IMG/VR virus record: IMGVR_UViG_3300002460_000027 | Origin: a virus | DNA: 64,000 bases | Strand: one strand, 5' to 3' | In this document: piece after piece, positions 34,335-44,773 of the stretch | How the letters are laid out: each line of letters opens with the position of its first letter | Numbering within the stretch: position 1 is the stretch's first letter | Program-made: the position numbers and the translations under genes | Notes under the pieces: model-generated | Seen by the model: only the letters and a program-made list of their open reading frames with translations | Told to the model about the DNA's origin: nothing | The model's database searches: none

Positions 34335-35356
34335 TGGCACTCGGACGGGTGACGGTATGGAACTCGGGCCAAGTGTTGACCGCCGCCGCACAGAACGGTG
34401 AGTTCAACAACATCCTGAACAACCCCATCGCCCTCATCTCACCCACGACGGGGGCGATCAACTTCAACCTTCAGACGCACACCAACCTGCTCCCGTCGGC
34501 CCTCACCGGCACGTCGGGATCGAGCGGCAACGTGCTCACGCTGTCGGCCGGGCTGATCCCGGGGTGGGGCGCGGGGGCCAGCGGGTCGAGCAACTCGAAC
34601 CCGCCGGTTGGGAGCTATGTCACCGGACTGGTTGGGCTCATCTCGTCCCAGTTGGCCACGTTCGCGGCCGATCAGTACCTGCTCCGTACCACGCAGGCGG
34701 CCCCCACGGCATCCTTCTCAATGGTGGCCACGTCCTCGTTTGGGGTCAACATCGCCACGGCGGGGATCACGGCCGGGGGCCGGGACGTGGTGGCCGCGTT
34801 CTCCAGCACGGAAGTCCACTGGTACGTCATCAGCACGGGGCTGAACAGCACGGTGGCAGCGGGGCTCGTGAGCAGTCAGCGGCCGCCGACCGGGCCGGTG
34901 ATGCCGACCTCGTACTCGGCGTGGACGTATCTTGGGGCGTCCCCGTACACCTCGGCGTCCACGACAGTCGTGGCTGACCATTACGTGCGCGGACCCAAAG
35001 CCATCTTCGCGCCGTTCCAGCCCACGACAGTCATCAGCACGAACCCGATCACTGAAGTCACGCTCTCCCTGTCAAGCCAAGTCCCCTCCAACGCAGAAAC
35101 GATCAGCCTTCGTGTTGGGTCGGCCCAAACCGGAGGGGGCACAATCCTCGATCCGATGCACATTCGGATAACAAGCAGTGTCGATGTGTGGACACAAACG
35201 GTTGAGAGCAACACTACGACGGTCATGGTGATGACTCCGATTGAGGTGCCCAATGTGGGCCAGGCCATCATCTATCAGTCGGCGTCGTCTGCTGGGGCCA
35301 ATGCACCAGGGATCACCATCGAAGTGCTGGGCTGGAAGAACCCAATCGGAAGGTAG
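34334..35356 (+). CDS. tail fibre/needle-like protein, Ser/Thr-rich
   Basis: WNSGQVLTAAAQNGEFNNI N-terminal motif. Confidence 0.6.
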   Translation: MALGRVTVWNSGQVLTAAAQNGEFNNILNNPIALISPTTGAINFNLQTHTNLLPSALTGTSGSSGNVLTLSAGLIPGWGAGASGSSNSNPPVGSYVTGLVGLISSQLATFAADQYLLRTTQAAPTASFSMVATSSFGVNIATAGITAGGRDVVAAFSSTEVHWYVISTGLNSTVAAGLVSSQRPPTGPVMPTSYSAWTYLGASPYTSASTTVVADHYVRGPKAIFAPFQPTTVISTNPITEVTLSLSSQVPSNAETISLRVGSAQTGGGTILDPMHIRITSSVDVWTQTVESNTTTVMVMTPIEVPNVGQAIIYQSASSAGANAPGITIEVLGWKNPIGR

Positions 35357-37101
35357 TGATGCCAGACCAGAGCCTCTACGCCCAAGGCCAGACACTCGCG
35401 GGAGCCCCCAACCCGCCCCCGCCACTCAGCGGACTCCTGTTTGGCAACGACATGGGCTTCTCTGGGGCCAGCGCCGGAGACATGGGCGGAAGCCTGATTG
35501 GTGGCGGCAAGCCTGGGATGCCGCCAGGCCCCGGGTTGGACATCCTGAGCCTCCTGGCCCAGTTGACGCAGGGTGGGGATGGGGGCGTAAGCGCGGGGGT
35601 GTCACCCCTCTCACTTGGGCAGCAGCAGGGTGGGTTTGGTGCGGGGGCCCTAGGCCAGCAGGGGGGTATCCAGAGCCCCTTCTTCCAGACAGTCGGCCAG
35701 CAAGGGGTTGCTGGCCAGACAACCGATCAGGCCCAGCGTGGGCAAGGGACGTCTGGGGACCTCCTCGGGCTTATCAAGCAGCTCTTGTCGGTCGGGCAGA
35801 AGGGCGCAGACCTCTTCCAGGCGTTCCAGACCCCGGAGGCGGCCGCCGGGAACACGAGTGGGGTGTCGCTGTCAGACCAGGTTCGGAGTGGAGTCCAAGC
35901 CCCGGCGCAGGGCGGGATCGCGTCTCCGACCGTGGACAATATCTCAGGGCTCCCAGGAACCGATCCATTTCCTGGGATGCCGGCAGACATCCTTGGGGCC
36001 TTGGGGGCTGGCCCGTCATTCCGGCCCGACATCCTATCCCCTGAAGTCCAGCAGTTGCTAGGCTCCCAGATCTTCGGTGACGAGTTCGGTGGGTACGGAA
36101 CCCCAGACCTCGGCGGTGGCGGCGGTGGGGGAGGCCCAGACACCGGGTTTGGGGCCGGCGACCTCTCGGGGATCTTGGGACTTCTCCGCTCAGGCGCGGG
36201 ATTGGGCCAGGGCATCCAGCAAGGTGACCCGTCCTCAATCCTTCAGAACCTGTACGGGCTCTATTCCCAGTCGGCTCCGGCCCTTTCCAGCGCCCTTGGG
36301 CAGGAACTCCCGACCGTCGGCTCGGCGCTGGGCGGTCTCGTGCCGGACTTTGCGGCGGCGTTCCCGGCCTCAGCCGGGGCGGGGGCGGGCAGCGCGACCG
36401 GGGCTGGGGCGTCCTTCGCCGGCAACCTGGCAGCGGCTGGGGGTGGGGCAGCCGGCGGGGCGGTACTGGGAGCCGGTCTGAGCGCGATGGCCTACCCCTA
36501 CATCCAAGCCATCATGAACGGGGTATCCCAGATGTTCGGGATGGGCTTCAGCGAGCAGGAACAGAACCAACTGATGAACCAGATGCGGGAGATCCGTGGC
36601 ATCCAGAAAGACTTTGGCACCGTCTCGGAGGTGCTCCGTGGGGCCGCCGACCTTCCGCAGCGGGCGGCTCCTGCGCTGGCTGGAACAGACCCGACCGCGT
36701 TGGCAGACATTGTGCGACAAGCCGTCTACGCGGTGAACCAAGGTCCGGCGCTGTCCAGGGCCTACAGCCAGTCGAAGGCTGGCCCATTCCGTAGTGGCAT
36801 CCCGTCAAGCGTCCCGTGGATTGACCAAGCCTTCTCGGGGGCCGTGGACACCTACCTGCAAGCTATGACCCGGTTGCAGCAGTTGGGGTCGATCACAGAG
36901 GTTCCGGGGGCCCCAGTCGCCGGCCCAGGTCCATTTCTTGAGGGATACGGAGAGGGTGCACCCACGCCCGCATCGTACTGGGCTGGGGGTCAACGCCTTC
37001 CGTGGCTCGCCACACCCGGCCAGTTTACCAACACGGCGAATCCCCAGATTCTCCAGCAGTATGCACAACTACTCGCGCCGTACTTTCCCAAGGAACCGTA
37101 G
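35356..37101 (+). CDS. Gly/Ala-rich internal virion (ejection) protein
   Basis: Low-complexity Gly-rich sequence; position. Confidence 0.55.
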   Translation: MMPDQSLYAQGQTLAGAPNPPPPLSGLLFGNDMGFSGASAGDMGGSLIGGGKPGMPPGPGLDILSLLAQLTQGGDGGVSAGVSPLSLGQQQGGFGAGALGQQGGIQSPFFQTVGQQGVAGQTTDQAQRGQGTSGDLLGLIKQLLSVGQKGADLFQAFQTPEAAAGNTSGVSLSDQVRSGVQAPAQGGIASPTVDNISGLPGTDPFPGMPADILGALGAGPSFRPDILSPEVQQLLGSQIFGDEFGGYGTPDLGGGGGGGGPDTGFGAGDLSGILGLLRSGAGLGQGIQQGDPSSILQNLYGLYSQSAPALSSALGQELPTVGSALGGLVPDFAAAFPASAGAGAGSATGAGASFAGNLAAAGGGAAGGAVLGAGLSAMAYPYIQAIMNGVSQMFGMGFSEQEQNQLMNQMREIRGIQKDFGTVSEVLRGAADLPQRAAPALAGTDPTALADIVRQAVYAVNQGPALSRAYSQSKAGPFRSGIPSSVPWIDQAFSGAVDTYLQAMTRLQQLGSITEVPGAPVAGPGPFLEGYGEGAPTPASYWAGGQRLPWLATPGQFTNTANPQILQQYAQLLAPYFPKEP

Positions 37102-37114
37102 GAGGTGAGCGTCC

Positions 37115-38071
37115 GTGGCGTATGACGACTGGAGTGACTGGGGAGACTTCTCCCTGTGGGGCGGCGATACGCCCGACATCGGTTCCTCGTTTGACTTCGG
37201 GACGGCCTCCCAGTATGGCGGGCTGTACGGCGGCGGGTTCTCCCCGCAGATAGACGCTGGGGGCTGGGGGGCTGGAACCCCACAGATGCCCATCGGCCAG
37301 GGGTCAGCCAGCCCGTGGATCGGAGCCGGGCTGGGGGCGCTCGGACCGCTGGCGGGCCTGATCGGAGGACTTGCTGGGGGTGGCGTGACCGGCCAGTCAC
37401 AGCCGCAGATGACCACGCAGCAGAAGGCGCTCCAAGGCCAGGGCACGCAGGCACTCGGGGGGATGACCCAGTTCGCTCAGGGCACCTCTCCACTTCAGCA
37501 GCAGCAGGCGGGCGTCCTCGGACCGCTCGGCCAGTACCTTCAGCAGATGATGTCTGGACAGGGAATGCAGGGGCTCATCAACACGCTTTCCCCGATGATC
37601 CAGCAGGCGTATGCCCCGTTCGCCCAGGGCCTCATGCAGCAGGCGACGGAGGCCGGCCGGCGCTCGGGCTTCTACGACGCCCCCGGCACGAGTCCGCCGG
37701 GTGGGGCCATCCTAGGACCCGGACTCGCCCAGTTGCAGGGCCAGCAGGCGCAGTCGCTCCTCCAGGCGCTGCTCCAGCAGGTTCCGCAGGCCGCGATGCA
37801 GGGCGCAGGGGCCTTCAACCAGCCCGTGAACCAGCAGATCGGTGCAGCAGGGACACAGGCGGCCGGGTATGGCGGTCTGATGGGACCGGTCGGTACGCAG
37901 CAGTCCCAGCCGATGGGGAACCTGGTCGGCCAAGGGCTCGCCAGCCTAGGAGGCGGGATCGCGCAGGGTTACGGGGCCGTTGAGGGACGAAACCAGCAAC
38001 AGGCCAACTGGAACGCACTTCTCAACATGATCGCAAACCAGCCGCAACGTGGCGGCCTGAGTTACACCTAG
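37115..38071 (+). CDS. Gly/Gln-rich DNA pilot/ejection protein
   Basis: GAGLGALGPLAGLIGG TM-like segment; composition. Confidence 0.55.
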   Translation: MAYDDWSDWGDFSLWGGDTPDIGSSFDFGTASQYGGLYGGGFSPQIDAGGWGAGTPQMPIGQGSASPWIGAGLGALGPLAGLIGGLAGGGVTGQSQPQMTTQQKALQGQGTQALGGMTQFAQGTSPLQQQQAGVLGPLGQYLQQMMSGQGMQGLINTLSPMIQQAYAPFAQGLMQQATEAGRRSGFYDAPGTSPPGGAILGPGLAQLQGQQAQSLLQALLQQVPQAAMQGAGAFNQPVNQQIGAAGTQAAGYGGLMGPVGTQQSQPMGNLVGQGLASLGGGIAQGYGAVEGRNQQQANWNALLNMIANQPQRGGLSYT

Positions 38072-38079
38072 GACTCCCT

Positions 38080-39342
38080 ATGGCAGACGGCATCGTCCAG
38101 CTCCCGTTCACGAACACCACGTCCGGCAAGATCATGGACGCCTCCGAGCTGACCGTCGGAGCGAACACGGTTGAGCGCGAGCGTCTGGTCGTGGCTGACA
38201 GCACGTCTGCCACCGGGCTCGCCACGGTCACGTCCAGCGCCGGGCTCACGGTGAACATCTCCAGCGGGACCATCGTGAGTGCGAGTTCCGGGTTGGTCCA
38301 GGCCCTGTCTACCGGCCCCTTGCAGGTGCTCACGTCCGGCCCGCTGACGCTCTCTGGGACTGTGACCGTCCTGTCCGCGTCGTCTGGCGTCGTGCAGACT
38401 CTGACGACCGGGGCGTACCAGATCCTGACCTCAGGCCCGCTGGAAGTCCTCTCGACCGGCCCCTATCTGCTGTCCAGCGCCGGCATCACGCAGGTCATCC
38501 CCGTCACGTCCTCGGGGATCAACCTCTACACGACAGCCGGGATCAACACGGTCTCAGCAAGCTCCGGCTTGGTCCAGACGTTGACAACCGGAGCGGCCGT
38601 GCTCTCGTCAGCCGGGATGACTCAGGTTATCCCCGTGACATCCTCCGGTGTGAACTTGTACACCACCGCTGGGGTCAACGTCGTATCAGCGAGCAGCGGG
38701 CTTGTCCAAACACTCACGACGGGTGCGACGGTGCTGTCTTCGGTGGGGATTACCCAGACCATCCCAGTCACCTCGTCTGGGGTCAATCTGTACACCACAG
38801 CGGGCATCAACGTGGTCTCGGCCAGTAGCGGGTTTGTCCAGACGCTCACGACCGGGGCGACGGTGTTGTCCTCAGCCGGGATCACACAGGCCCTGCTCGT
38901 CACCTCGTCCGGCGTGAACCTCTACACCACTGGCGGAGTGAACACCGTCTCGGCCTCGTCGGGGTACGTGCAAATCGTCATGCAGTCCTCGCTGGCGATG
39001 AGTGTGTTCGCCTATGTGTCCAGTTCCTCGGCCAACTCGAACAACATCCAAGCCGGGAACACGGCGATGTTCGGGTATGGGGTGTTCAACACGACGGTTG
39101 CCCCCCGCTACGTCCACTTCTATGCCGCGTCGTCTGCCCCCCTCATCGGGTCTACGGCACTGTTCCTCAAGACCGTGATGGCCCCAGGGAGCACAGGCGG
39201 CGGCGGGGCCAACCTCATCAGCCCAGTCCCGTTGTCCTTTTCCACAAAGGGACTGGCGTTCACGATCACAGGCAGCCCCCTGACGACCAGCACGGGGTCG
39301 ATTGGGGATAGTGACATCGTGCTAAACGTGTACTACATCTGA
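38080..39342 (+). CDS. Ser/Thr-rich fibre-like protein with 44-aa tandem repeats
   Basis: Repeats of VSASSGLVQTLTTGA.VLSSAG.TQ.IPVTSSGVNLYTTAG.N. Confidence 0.7.
   Translation: MADGIVQLPFTNTTSGKIMDASELTVGANTVERERLVVADSTSATGLATVTSSAGLTVNISSGTIVSASSGLVQALSTGPLQVLTSGPLTLSGTVTVLSASSGVVQTLTTGAYQILTSGPLEVLSTGPYLLSSAGITQVIPVTSSGINLYTTAGINTVSASSGLVQTLTTGAAVLSSAGMTQVIPVTSSGVNLYTTAGVNVVSASSGLVQTLTTGATVLSSVGITQTIPVTSSGVNLYTTAGINVVSASSGFVQTLTTGATVLSSAGITQALLVTSSGVNLYTTGGVNTVSASSGYVQIVMQSSLAMSVFAYVSSSSANSNNIQAGNTAMFGYGVFNTTVAPRYVHFYAASSAPLIGSTALFLKTVMAPGSTGGGGANLISPVPLSFSTKGLAFTITGSPLTTSTGSIGDSDIVLNVYYI
38551..38964 (+). repeat. 132-bp (44-aa) coding tandem repeat, three full units plus a partial
   Basis: Unit starts at 38551, 38683, 38815, 38947. 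Confidence 0.85.
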
Positions 39343-40370
39343 TGGCCTATTACATTGCCCCCTACATCGGTGCTGGAACGTTCCTTGATCCCTTTCGCCC
39401 ACGTGGGAGTGACCAGCCGGGATGGTCTGCAATCGATCTCCGCGCCGATGGGGGGGCGACCCTCGGCGGGGGTGGGCTCAATGCCTGTCTGCTTCATCTA
39501 CCCGTCGCTGATCCCGACCCGCAACTCCGTCTCGTCGCGCTCGACCGTGCTGATACCGTCGGTGTAGGACTTCGTCAGGCTATAGTTTCGCGGCTTAAGC
39601 TCTTGGACACCCCAGCCTCGACCCGCTGGGATGATCTGACCATAGAGCTTCTCCTTGGCCCCCCCCCTGGGGGCTGGAAGGCACTGCGCTCAAATCTTGC
39701 TGGCGCGTTTGAGATTTGGTTGGGCGGCCTCCTCAAGCGGCTTCCGGTCGTGCGCGGCGGCACCTCGATCAGCGAGAACTGGGACTGCGCCGACTCCGCG
39801 AGTCTGACCTGTCAGTTGACATGGACGGAGTATGTTGGAACGGCGTGGGGGATTACCAGCAATGAGGCGAAGATTACGGGCAATGTCAACGGCAACGCGG
39901 CGCGGGCAGATTCTGATCTAGCGTCTGATGACCACTTTGCCCAGGTGACGATAGTCTCTCTTGTAGAGGCCATTACGGCCGGATCAGCAGTATGCCGGAA
40001 GGATGCCACCGCAACGGATACGGCCTATGAGTTTGATGATCGCCAAACCCCAACAGTCAGTCATGTCTTGCGAAAGATCATTGCTGGGAGCACAACGACC
40101 CTCGCGACGGGCTCCAGCACGCACGCTGCCAATGATGTCATTCGTATTGAGGCTGATGGTAGCACGATCACGGGAAAGAAAAACGGCACTACGGATGCCG
40201 GTCCCACTACGGACACAGAAATTACAGGCAATGTGCGTTGTGGGATTCGTGGTTTTAGCAATTCGGGTGGTGGGATCGTTCGGTTAGACACCTGGTCGGC
40301 AGGGGATCTGGCGGTCGCGGGCGGTGTGGTCACCCCGCGCCTCCTCGGGCTCCTCGGAGTGGGCTCCTGA
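39342..40370 (+). CDS. putative tail fibre/lectin-like virion protein
   Basis: Beta-sandwich-like C-half (DVIRIEADGSTITGKKNG); lower GC in the 3' half. Confidence 0.55.
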   Translation: MAYYIAPYIGAGTFLDPFRPRGSDQPGWSAIDLRADGGATLGGGGLNACLLHLPVADPDPQLRLVALDRADTVGVGLRQAIVSRLKLLDTPASTRWDDLTIELLLGPPPGGWKALRSNLAGAFEIWLGGLLKRLPVVRGGTSISENWDCADSASLTCQLTWTEYVGTAWGITSNEAKITGNVNGNAARADSDLASDDHFAQVTIVSLVEAITAGSAVCRKDATATDTAYEFDDRQTPTVSHVLRKIIAGSTTTLATGSSTHAANDVIRIEADGSTITGKKNGTTDAGPTTDTEITGNVRCGIRGFSNSGGGIVRLDTWSAGDLAVAGGVVTPRLLGLLGVGS

Positions 40371-40582
40371 TGCTGTCCATCAAGTTCAACATGCTGACGT
40401 CGTGGGCCACGTTCACTTCGACCGACGTGTCCCTGCTTACCGGCTGTGTGCCTGCCAGCCCGGCCTACGGCGCGTTCACCGTGCCGAGCGGGGCTACGTA
40501 TGGCGCGTTTACCGTCGTTGCGGCCCCCACCTATGGGAGTTTCACCGTGCCCTCAACTACTGCGTACTCGACAGGCTGCTAG
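40370..40582 (+). CDS. 70-aa peptide with three YG(A/S)FTV repeats
   Basis: Seen in translation; TGATG coupling. Confidence 0.55.
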   Translation: MLSIKFNMLTSWATFTSTDVSLLTGCVPASPAYGAFTVPSGATYGAFTVVAAPTYGSFTVPSTTAYSTGC

Positions 40583-41554
40583 ATGAGTACCCCCGCGAAC
40601 CTGACATACTCAGCCATCGAGACCCGGGTGATGAACTCGCTCCGGCTCTCCACCAGCAACACGACTGAGCAGGCGAAGGTCCAGAACCTCATCAACGAGG
40701 TATACCGGGACATCGCCGCCAAGTCGGACTGGTGGTGGCTCCTCAAGCGGACGGTCATCAACACGCTAGCCAAGATTGAGGCTGGAACGGTCACCGCCAC
40801 GCTGGGCAGCACGGCGCTCACGTTCACGTCGGCCCCGGCCGTCGAGGTCACCGGGTATGCGTTCATCACGCCCGGGGACGCGAACGACTCGGACGCGGTG
40901 TACCGAATCGCGTCCCACACAGCGGCGGCTGCGGCGGCCACGCTGGACGCCAAGTACACGGGCGCGGGTGGGGCCGGGCTCTCCTACAAGCTCTACCGGG
41001 ACGTCTACACGCTCCCCGCCGACACTGGGAAGGTGCTGAACGTCAAGCGGTACGGGTATCTCCTGCCGCTCAACCGTGTGGGAATCGAGGAGCTGTCCGA
41101 GGCCAAGCTGACCGATCAGTCCGAAGGCAAGCCGCAAGCCTATTCCGTGTTCGACCTTGCGACGACCGGGGACCCCACGAGCGCCCGCTTGCTTCAGATC
41201 CACCCGTACCCGGACCTGGCGTACCGGCTGGAGATCTTCTACAAGCAGAACCTGAACACGGAGCTGACGGGCTCGACCCGGCCGCTCATCCCAGACGACT
41301 ACGCGCAGGTGCTGGTGTATGGGGCGCTGGCCCGGGGGTACGCGATCTTCCTCAACGACACGGAGCGCAGCAAGTTCTTCCAGAGCCTGTTCAACGACGT
41401 GCTGGCCTTGATGGCCGCCCAGCAGAAGGAGTATGCCTCGGACAAGAGCGGGATCGCGCCTGACATGACCGGCTACCGGAAGCCGACCCGGCTCCGGCGA
41501 GGTGGGAACGTGACGCTGGGCAGCCTCTTTGACCGCTGGCCAATGAGCCCCTAA
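40583..41554 (+). CDS. head-tail adaptor / tail tubular protein A-like
   Basis: NLINEVYRDIA..DWWWL, GKPQAY, IHPYPD, LIPDDYAQVLVYGALARGY. Confidence 0.7.
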   Translation: MSTPANLTYSAIETRVMNSLRLSTSNTTEQAKVQNLINEVYRDIAAKSDWWWLLKRTVINTLAKIEAGTVTATLGSTALTFTSAPAVEVTGYAFITPGDANDSDAVYRIASHTAAAAAATLDAKYTGAGGAGLSYKLYRDVYTLPADTGKVLNVKRYGYLLPLNRVGIEELSEAKLTDQSEGKPQAYSVFDLATTGDPTSARLLQIHPYPDLAYRLEIFYKQNLNTELTGSTRPLIPDDYAQVLVYGALARGYAIFLNDTERSKFFQSLFNDVLALMAAQQKEYASDKSGIAPDMTGYRKPTRLRRGGNVTLGSLFDRWPMSP

Positions 41555-43035
41555 TGGCTGACGACACCATCCGACCCCCTGACATGGTAGGCGCTGGGGC
41601 CTACTCCCAGCCGCAGAACCCGTCTACCCTCATCGACCTCCTCCGGTCACAGGGCTCGATGCCCACCGAGGCGCTGGCGATGCTGGGAGGCCCGCCCGCA
41701 TCTCCTGGGCAGGCGTATGCGTCCGCGCTGGCCGGCGGGGTATCCCAGATGCGTGGGCAGCCAAACCCGGTCCAGCAGCAGATGGCTCAGCAGCAACAGC
41801 AGCAGATGCAGCAGATGGTGCTGATGCAGCGGGTTCAAGAGCACCGACAGAAGATGGCCATGCAGCAGGAGCAGCGGTATCTGGACATGGCCGACACGTT
41901 CCTCAAATCTGATGACGAGCGGACACGGACCTATGGGGCCAAGATGCGCGTCAGCGCCGCCAAGCGGATGGGGGTCAACGTTCCTGAGAGCCTGGCCGAA
42001 GGGCTCGCTACCCGTCGCTTGACTGACAAAGCCTCCAGTGACATCCTCGTACGGATGGGGATGGGTTACGATGACACGATGTTGTCTCGGATATACCCAG
42101 ACCTCAAGGCTGAAGACTTGGCTGCATACCGGGGGCTTGCTCAGGACCCGAAGGCGCTCCGAGCAGCCGGATTCGACCCCGATCAGGTTCGCAAGGGCCA
42201 ACTCGACATGCGGATCAAGGAGGGGCAGGCGGCTGAGGCTGGACACCCTGAGTTGCGTGGGGATGCCCGCCGGGTTCAGGCCGCGATCATCGCCCACCAG
42301 AAGACAACAGGGAAATCGTACTTGGAGGGAGATGCCGGCTCCCAGACGAAGGCGTTGGAGGCGGCTAACCAGCAGGTACAAGATGAGGATGAACGGCGGG
42401 CAAAACTCCAGAACCAGCTCACATTCGACCGGGCGTTGCTACTCGCCCAGATACGGGCTGATATGGCGGCGAAGAAACCGCTGACCCCTATCCAGAAGCA
42501 GAAGCTCCTAGAACCCGTCCTCAAGTCCCGAGATGTGCTCCGAAGTCTTGACACCCTCGATGAGCAGATTGACTCGATGGATAAGCTGGGAGCGTTGCCG
42601 ACCGGTGAGGACTGGTTCTCCCAGCAGAAGTCTCGTATCTACCGGGAGACGGTCCTGCGCGGTAACCAAGCTGTGTTCAACTTCAAGCAGCTCTGGGGCC
42701 CCATCAGCATTGGGCAGATCGACCGAGGGATGTTCGACGAGAAAGGCATCCGGGCCATCCAGGCGTTCAGCAAGCAGTTGGACGCGGTGGACAACATCGT
42801 GCCGGCCAAGGCCATGAAGGACTACACCCGCACCGTTCGGGAGCAGATCAACCGGAAAGTGCGAGACAGCGTGGCAGACTGGGAAGACTTGGGCTACCCC
42901 GAGGACGTAATCGGAGTGGCCAAGCGGGTGCTCCCCGGGGCCCCACAGACACTCCCGAAAAGCCCCTTGACCCCGCCCGCTGACCTCGTGTGGGACTCCA
43001 AGAAGGGATGGGTGACACCCAATGCCCCGCGTTAG
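41554..43035 (+). CDS. helical internal virion (ejection) protein
   Basis: Gln-rich coiled coil; position at the end of the structural arm. Confidence 0.55.
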   Translation: MADDTIRPPDMVGAGAYSQPQNPSTLIDLLRSQGSMPTEALAMLGGPPASPGQAYASALAGGVSQMRGQPNPVQQQMAQQQQQQMQQMVLMQRVQEHRQKMAMQQEQRYLDMADTFLKSDDERTRTYGAKMRVSAAKRMGVNVPESLAEGLATRRLTDKASSDILVRMGMGYDDTMLSRIYPDLKAEDLAAYRGLAQDPKALRAAGFDPDQVRKGQLDMRIKEGQAAEAGHPELRGDARRVQAAIIAHQKTTGKSYLEGDAGSQTKALEAANQQVQDEDERRAKLQNQLTFDRALLLAQIRADMAAKKPLTPIQKQKLLEPVLKSRDVLRSLDTLDEQIDSMDKLGALPTGEDWFSQQKSRIYRETVLRGNQAVFNFKQLWGPISIGQIDRGMFDEKGIRAIQAFSKQLDAVDNIVPAKAMKDYTRTVREQINRKVRDSVADWEDLGYPEDVIGVAKRVLPGAPQTLPKSPLTPPADLVWDSKKGWVTPNAPR

Positions 43036-44773
43036 GCTGACTGACGGTCGGGTGGCCGAGTTTCCTGAAGGGATGTCAGCCGAGAGCATGGCTGACGCTC
43101 TCAGGCAGGTGCCATCGGCCCCCCAGCAGGCTCCAGAAGGCCCCCAGGCGGCTCCAGGAGCTGCTGGGATGGCTCCACGAGTGGGAGGGCAGGGGCCCCT
43201 CTTCTCGTCCCCCAAGGGCTTCTTTGGGCCTGGGGTGCTGGCTGGTCTAGAGTCTCGGATGACCGGCAAGACTCCCGAGGAAGCCTACGCCAAACGGGTG
43301 CCTCAACTGGCGAAGACAGCCGGGGCCTTGGGTACCGTACTGGCCCCTGGGTCAACGTTCCTCCGTCGTCTCGGGGGACAGACAGCCATCTCTGGAGCCG
43401 AGTCCCTCCTGGCTGGTGAGAGCCCAACCACCGCGCTGGGCCGTGCCGGCATCGGAGGGGCACTCCAGACGGCCCTAGAGGCCCCGTTCCAGGGGGCCAA
43501 ACTGTTTGCCGGGGCTCGTAAGGCCGCTCAAGCCGAACGTGGGCTTGCGGCTGGGACGAAGGCGTGGGAACAGAAGACAGCCGATATCAAGGCTGCTGAC
43601 ATTGGACGAAAGGCAGTCGAGAAGTCTGCATACGAACAGCAGGTCAGGGGGATGCGAGGCAAGTACGCCGAAGACATACGCACAGGCCGGGCCCAGTATG
43701 CAACACAGAAGCAGCAGGCGGACTTGGCCCACGAGGCGGCAGTGGCCAAGCAGGAGTCAGACATAGCAACCAAGATGCGGGCCCACGCTGAGAAATCGGC
43801 TGGCAGCATCGCGGAAGACATCAAGGCCGTCGTGGCTCCACTCAAAGGGACGTTCTCTTCAGACGAGCGCGGTCTGATCTCTATGCTGTATGGGCGCGGC
43901 CGGCAAGCCGTAAGCAAAGAGTTTGATACCGCCATGAAAGAGGTCGCTGAGAAGGCGCGCGGGATCAAGCCGATCACGATCCCTGCCCGAGACGCTGAGG
44001 CGCTCGGCATTTCAATCCAGGGTCGGACTCCAGCCGGTGAAGACTTGCTGGGAAACGCAGTCGTAGACGCGGGAGAGGTGGCCAAAGCCGCCGTTGGACG
44101 GTGGACAAAAGACCCCGGGCTCTACCGCCGGGTCGTGGATGCCCTTGATACCGCTGGGGTTGGCAACCCAGAGGCTCGGGCCATGTACAAGGCGTGGGCC
44201 GGGTACAAGGACTTCGCAGACAAGACTGGAATGATCCGGTTTGACACTGACATTGGTAAGTTCGTGTTCGACTACAACAAAGGACTGGCGGGGCTCGTGT
44301 CTCCAAAGGCCAGCGCCGCGCTTGGGCGTCGTGGGCTTGGCAACGTGGACGAGAGTGCTATCCTCGCTGGGTTAGGTGGGCCACTCAAACTGCAGCCACC
44401 GCAGAAGCCTGTCCTGTCCCCCTATGGCAAGCCCAAGGCTCCAACCTACCCACCATCCCCGGTGTTCAAGCCGACCGCGCTCCCACCCAAGCCGCCCTCA
44501 GAACTTGGTGAGCTGTCGGGCTTCAAGACCCGTAAGAACCCGTTTGCCGGGCACCCGTTTGTGACTGGAATGGGAGCTGAGGCCGCGACCTACGGACTCA
44601 CGGGAGCCCACGGGTATGGCGTTCCATTCTTGTTGGGTGCAGCGGCCGGTGAGGTGTTGCCGAAGCGGCTGGTCACCCAGGCCCCACTCGACCCTCGCGT
44701 CATCGAAGTCCTCAAGCGGTCTCCTGGTCTTCTCAACGTGCTACTTCGCGCCACAACCCCAGCAGGCCCCTGA
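43022..44773 (+). CDS. internal virion (ejection) protein
   Basis: MPRVRLTDGRVAEFPEGMS N-terminus typical of ejection proteins. Confidence 0.6.
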   Translation: MPRVRLTDGRVAEFPEGMSAESMADALRQVPSAPQQAPEGPQAAPGAAGMAPRVGGQGPLFSSPKGFFGPGVLAGLESRMTGKTPEEAYAKRVPQLAKTAGALGTVLAPGSTFLRRLGGQTAISGAESLLAGESPTTALGRAGIGGALQTALEAPFQGAKLFAGARKAAQAERGLAAGTKAWEQKTADIKAADIGRKAVEKSAYEQQVRGMRGKYAEDIRTGRAQYATQKQQADLAHEAAVAKQESDIATKMRAHAEKSAGSIAEDIKAVVAPLKGTFSSDERGLISMLYGRGRQAVSKEFDTAMKEVAEKARGIKPITIPARDAEALGISIQGRTPAGEDLLGNAVVDAGEVAKAAVGRWTKDPGLYRRVVDALDTAGVGNPEARAMYKAWAGYKDFADKTGMIRFDTDIGKFVFDYNKGLAGLVSPKASAALGRRGLGNVDESAILAGLGGPLKLQPPQKPVLSPYGKPKAPTYPPSPVFKPTALPPKPPSELGELSGFKTRKNPFAGHPFVTGMGAEAATYGLTGAHGYGVPFLLGAAAGEVLPKRLVTQAPLDPRVIEVLKRSPGLLNVLLRATTPAGP

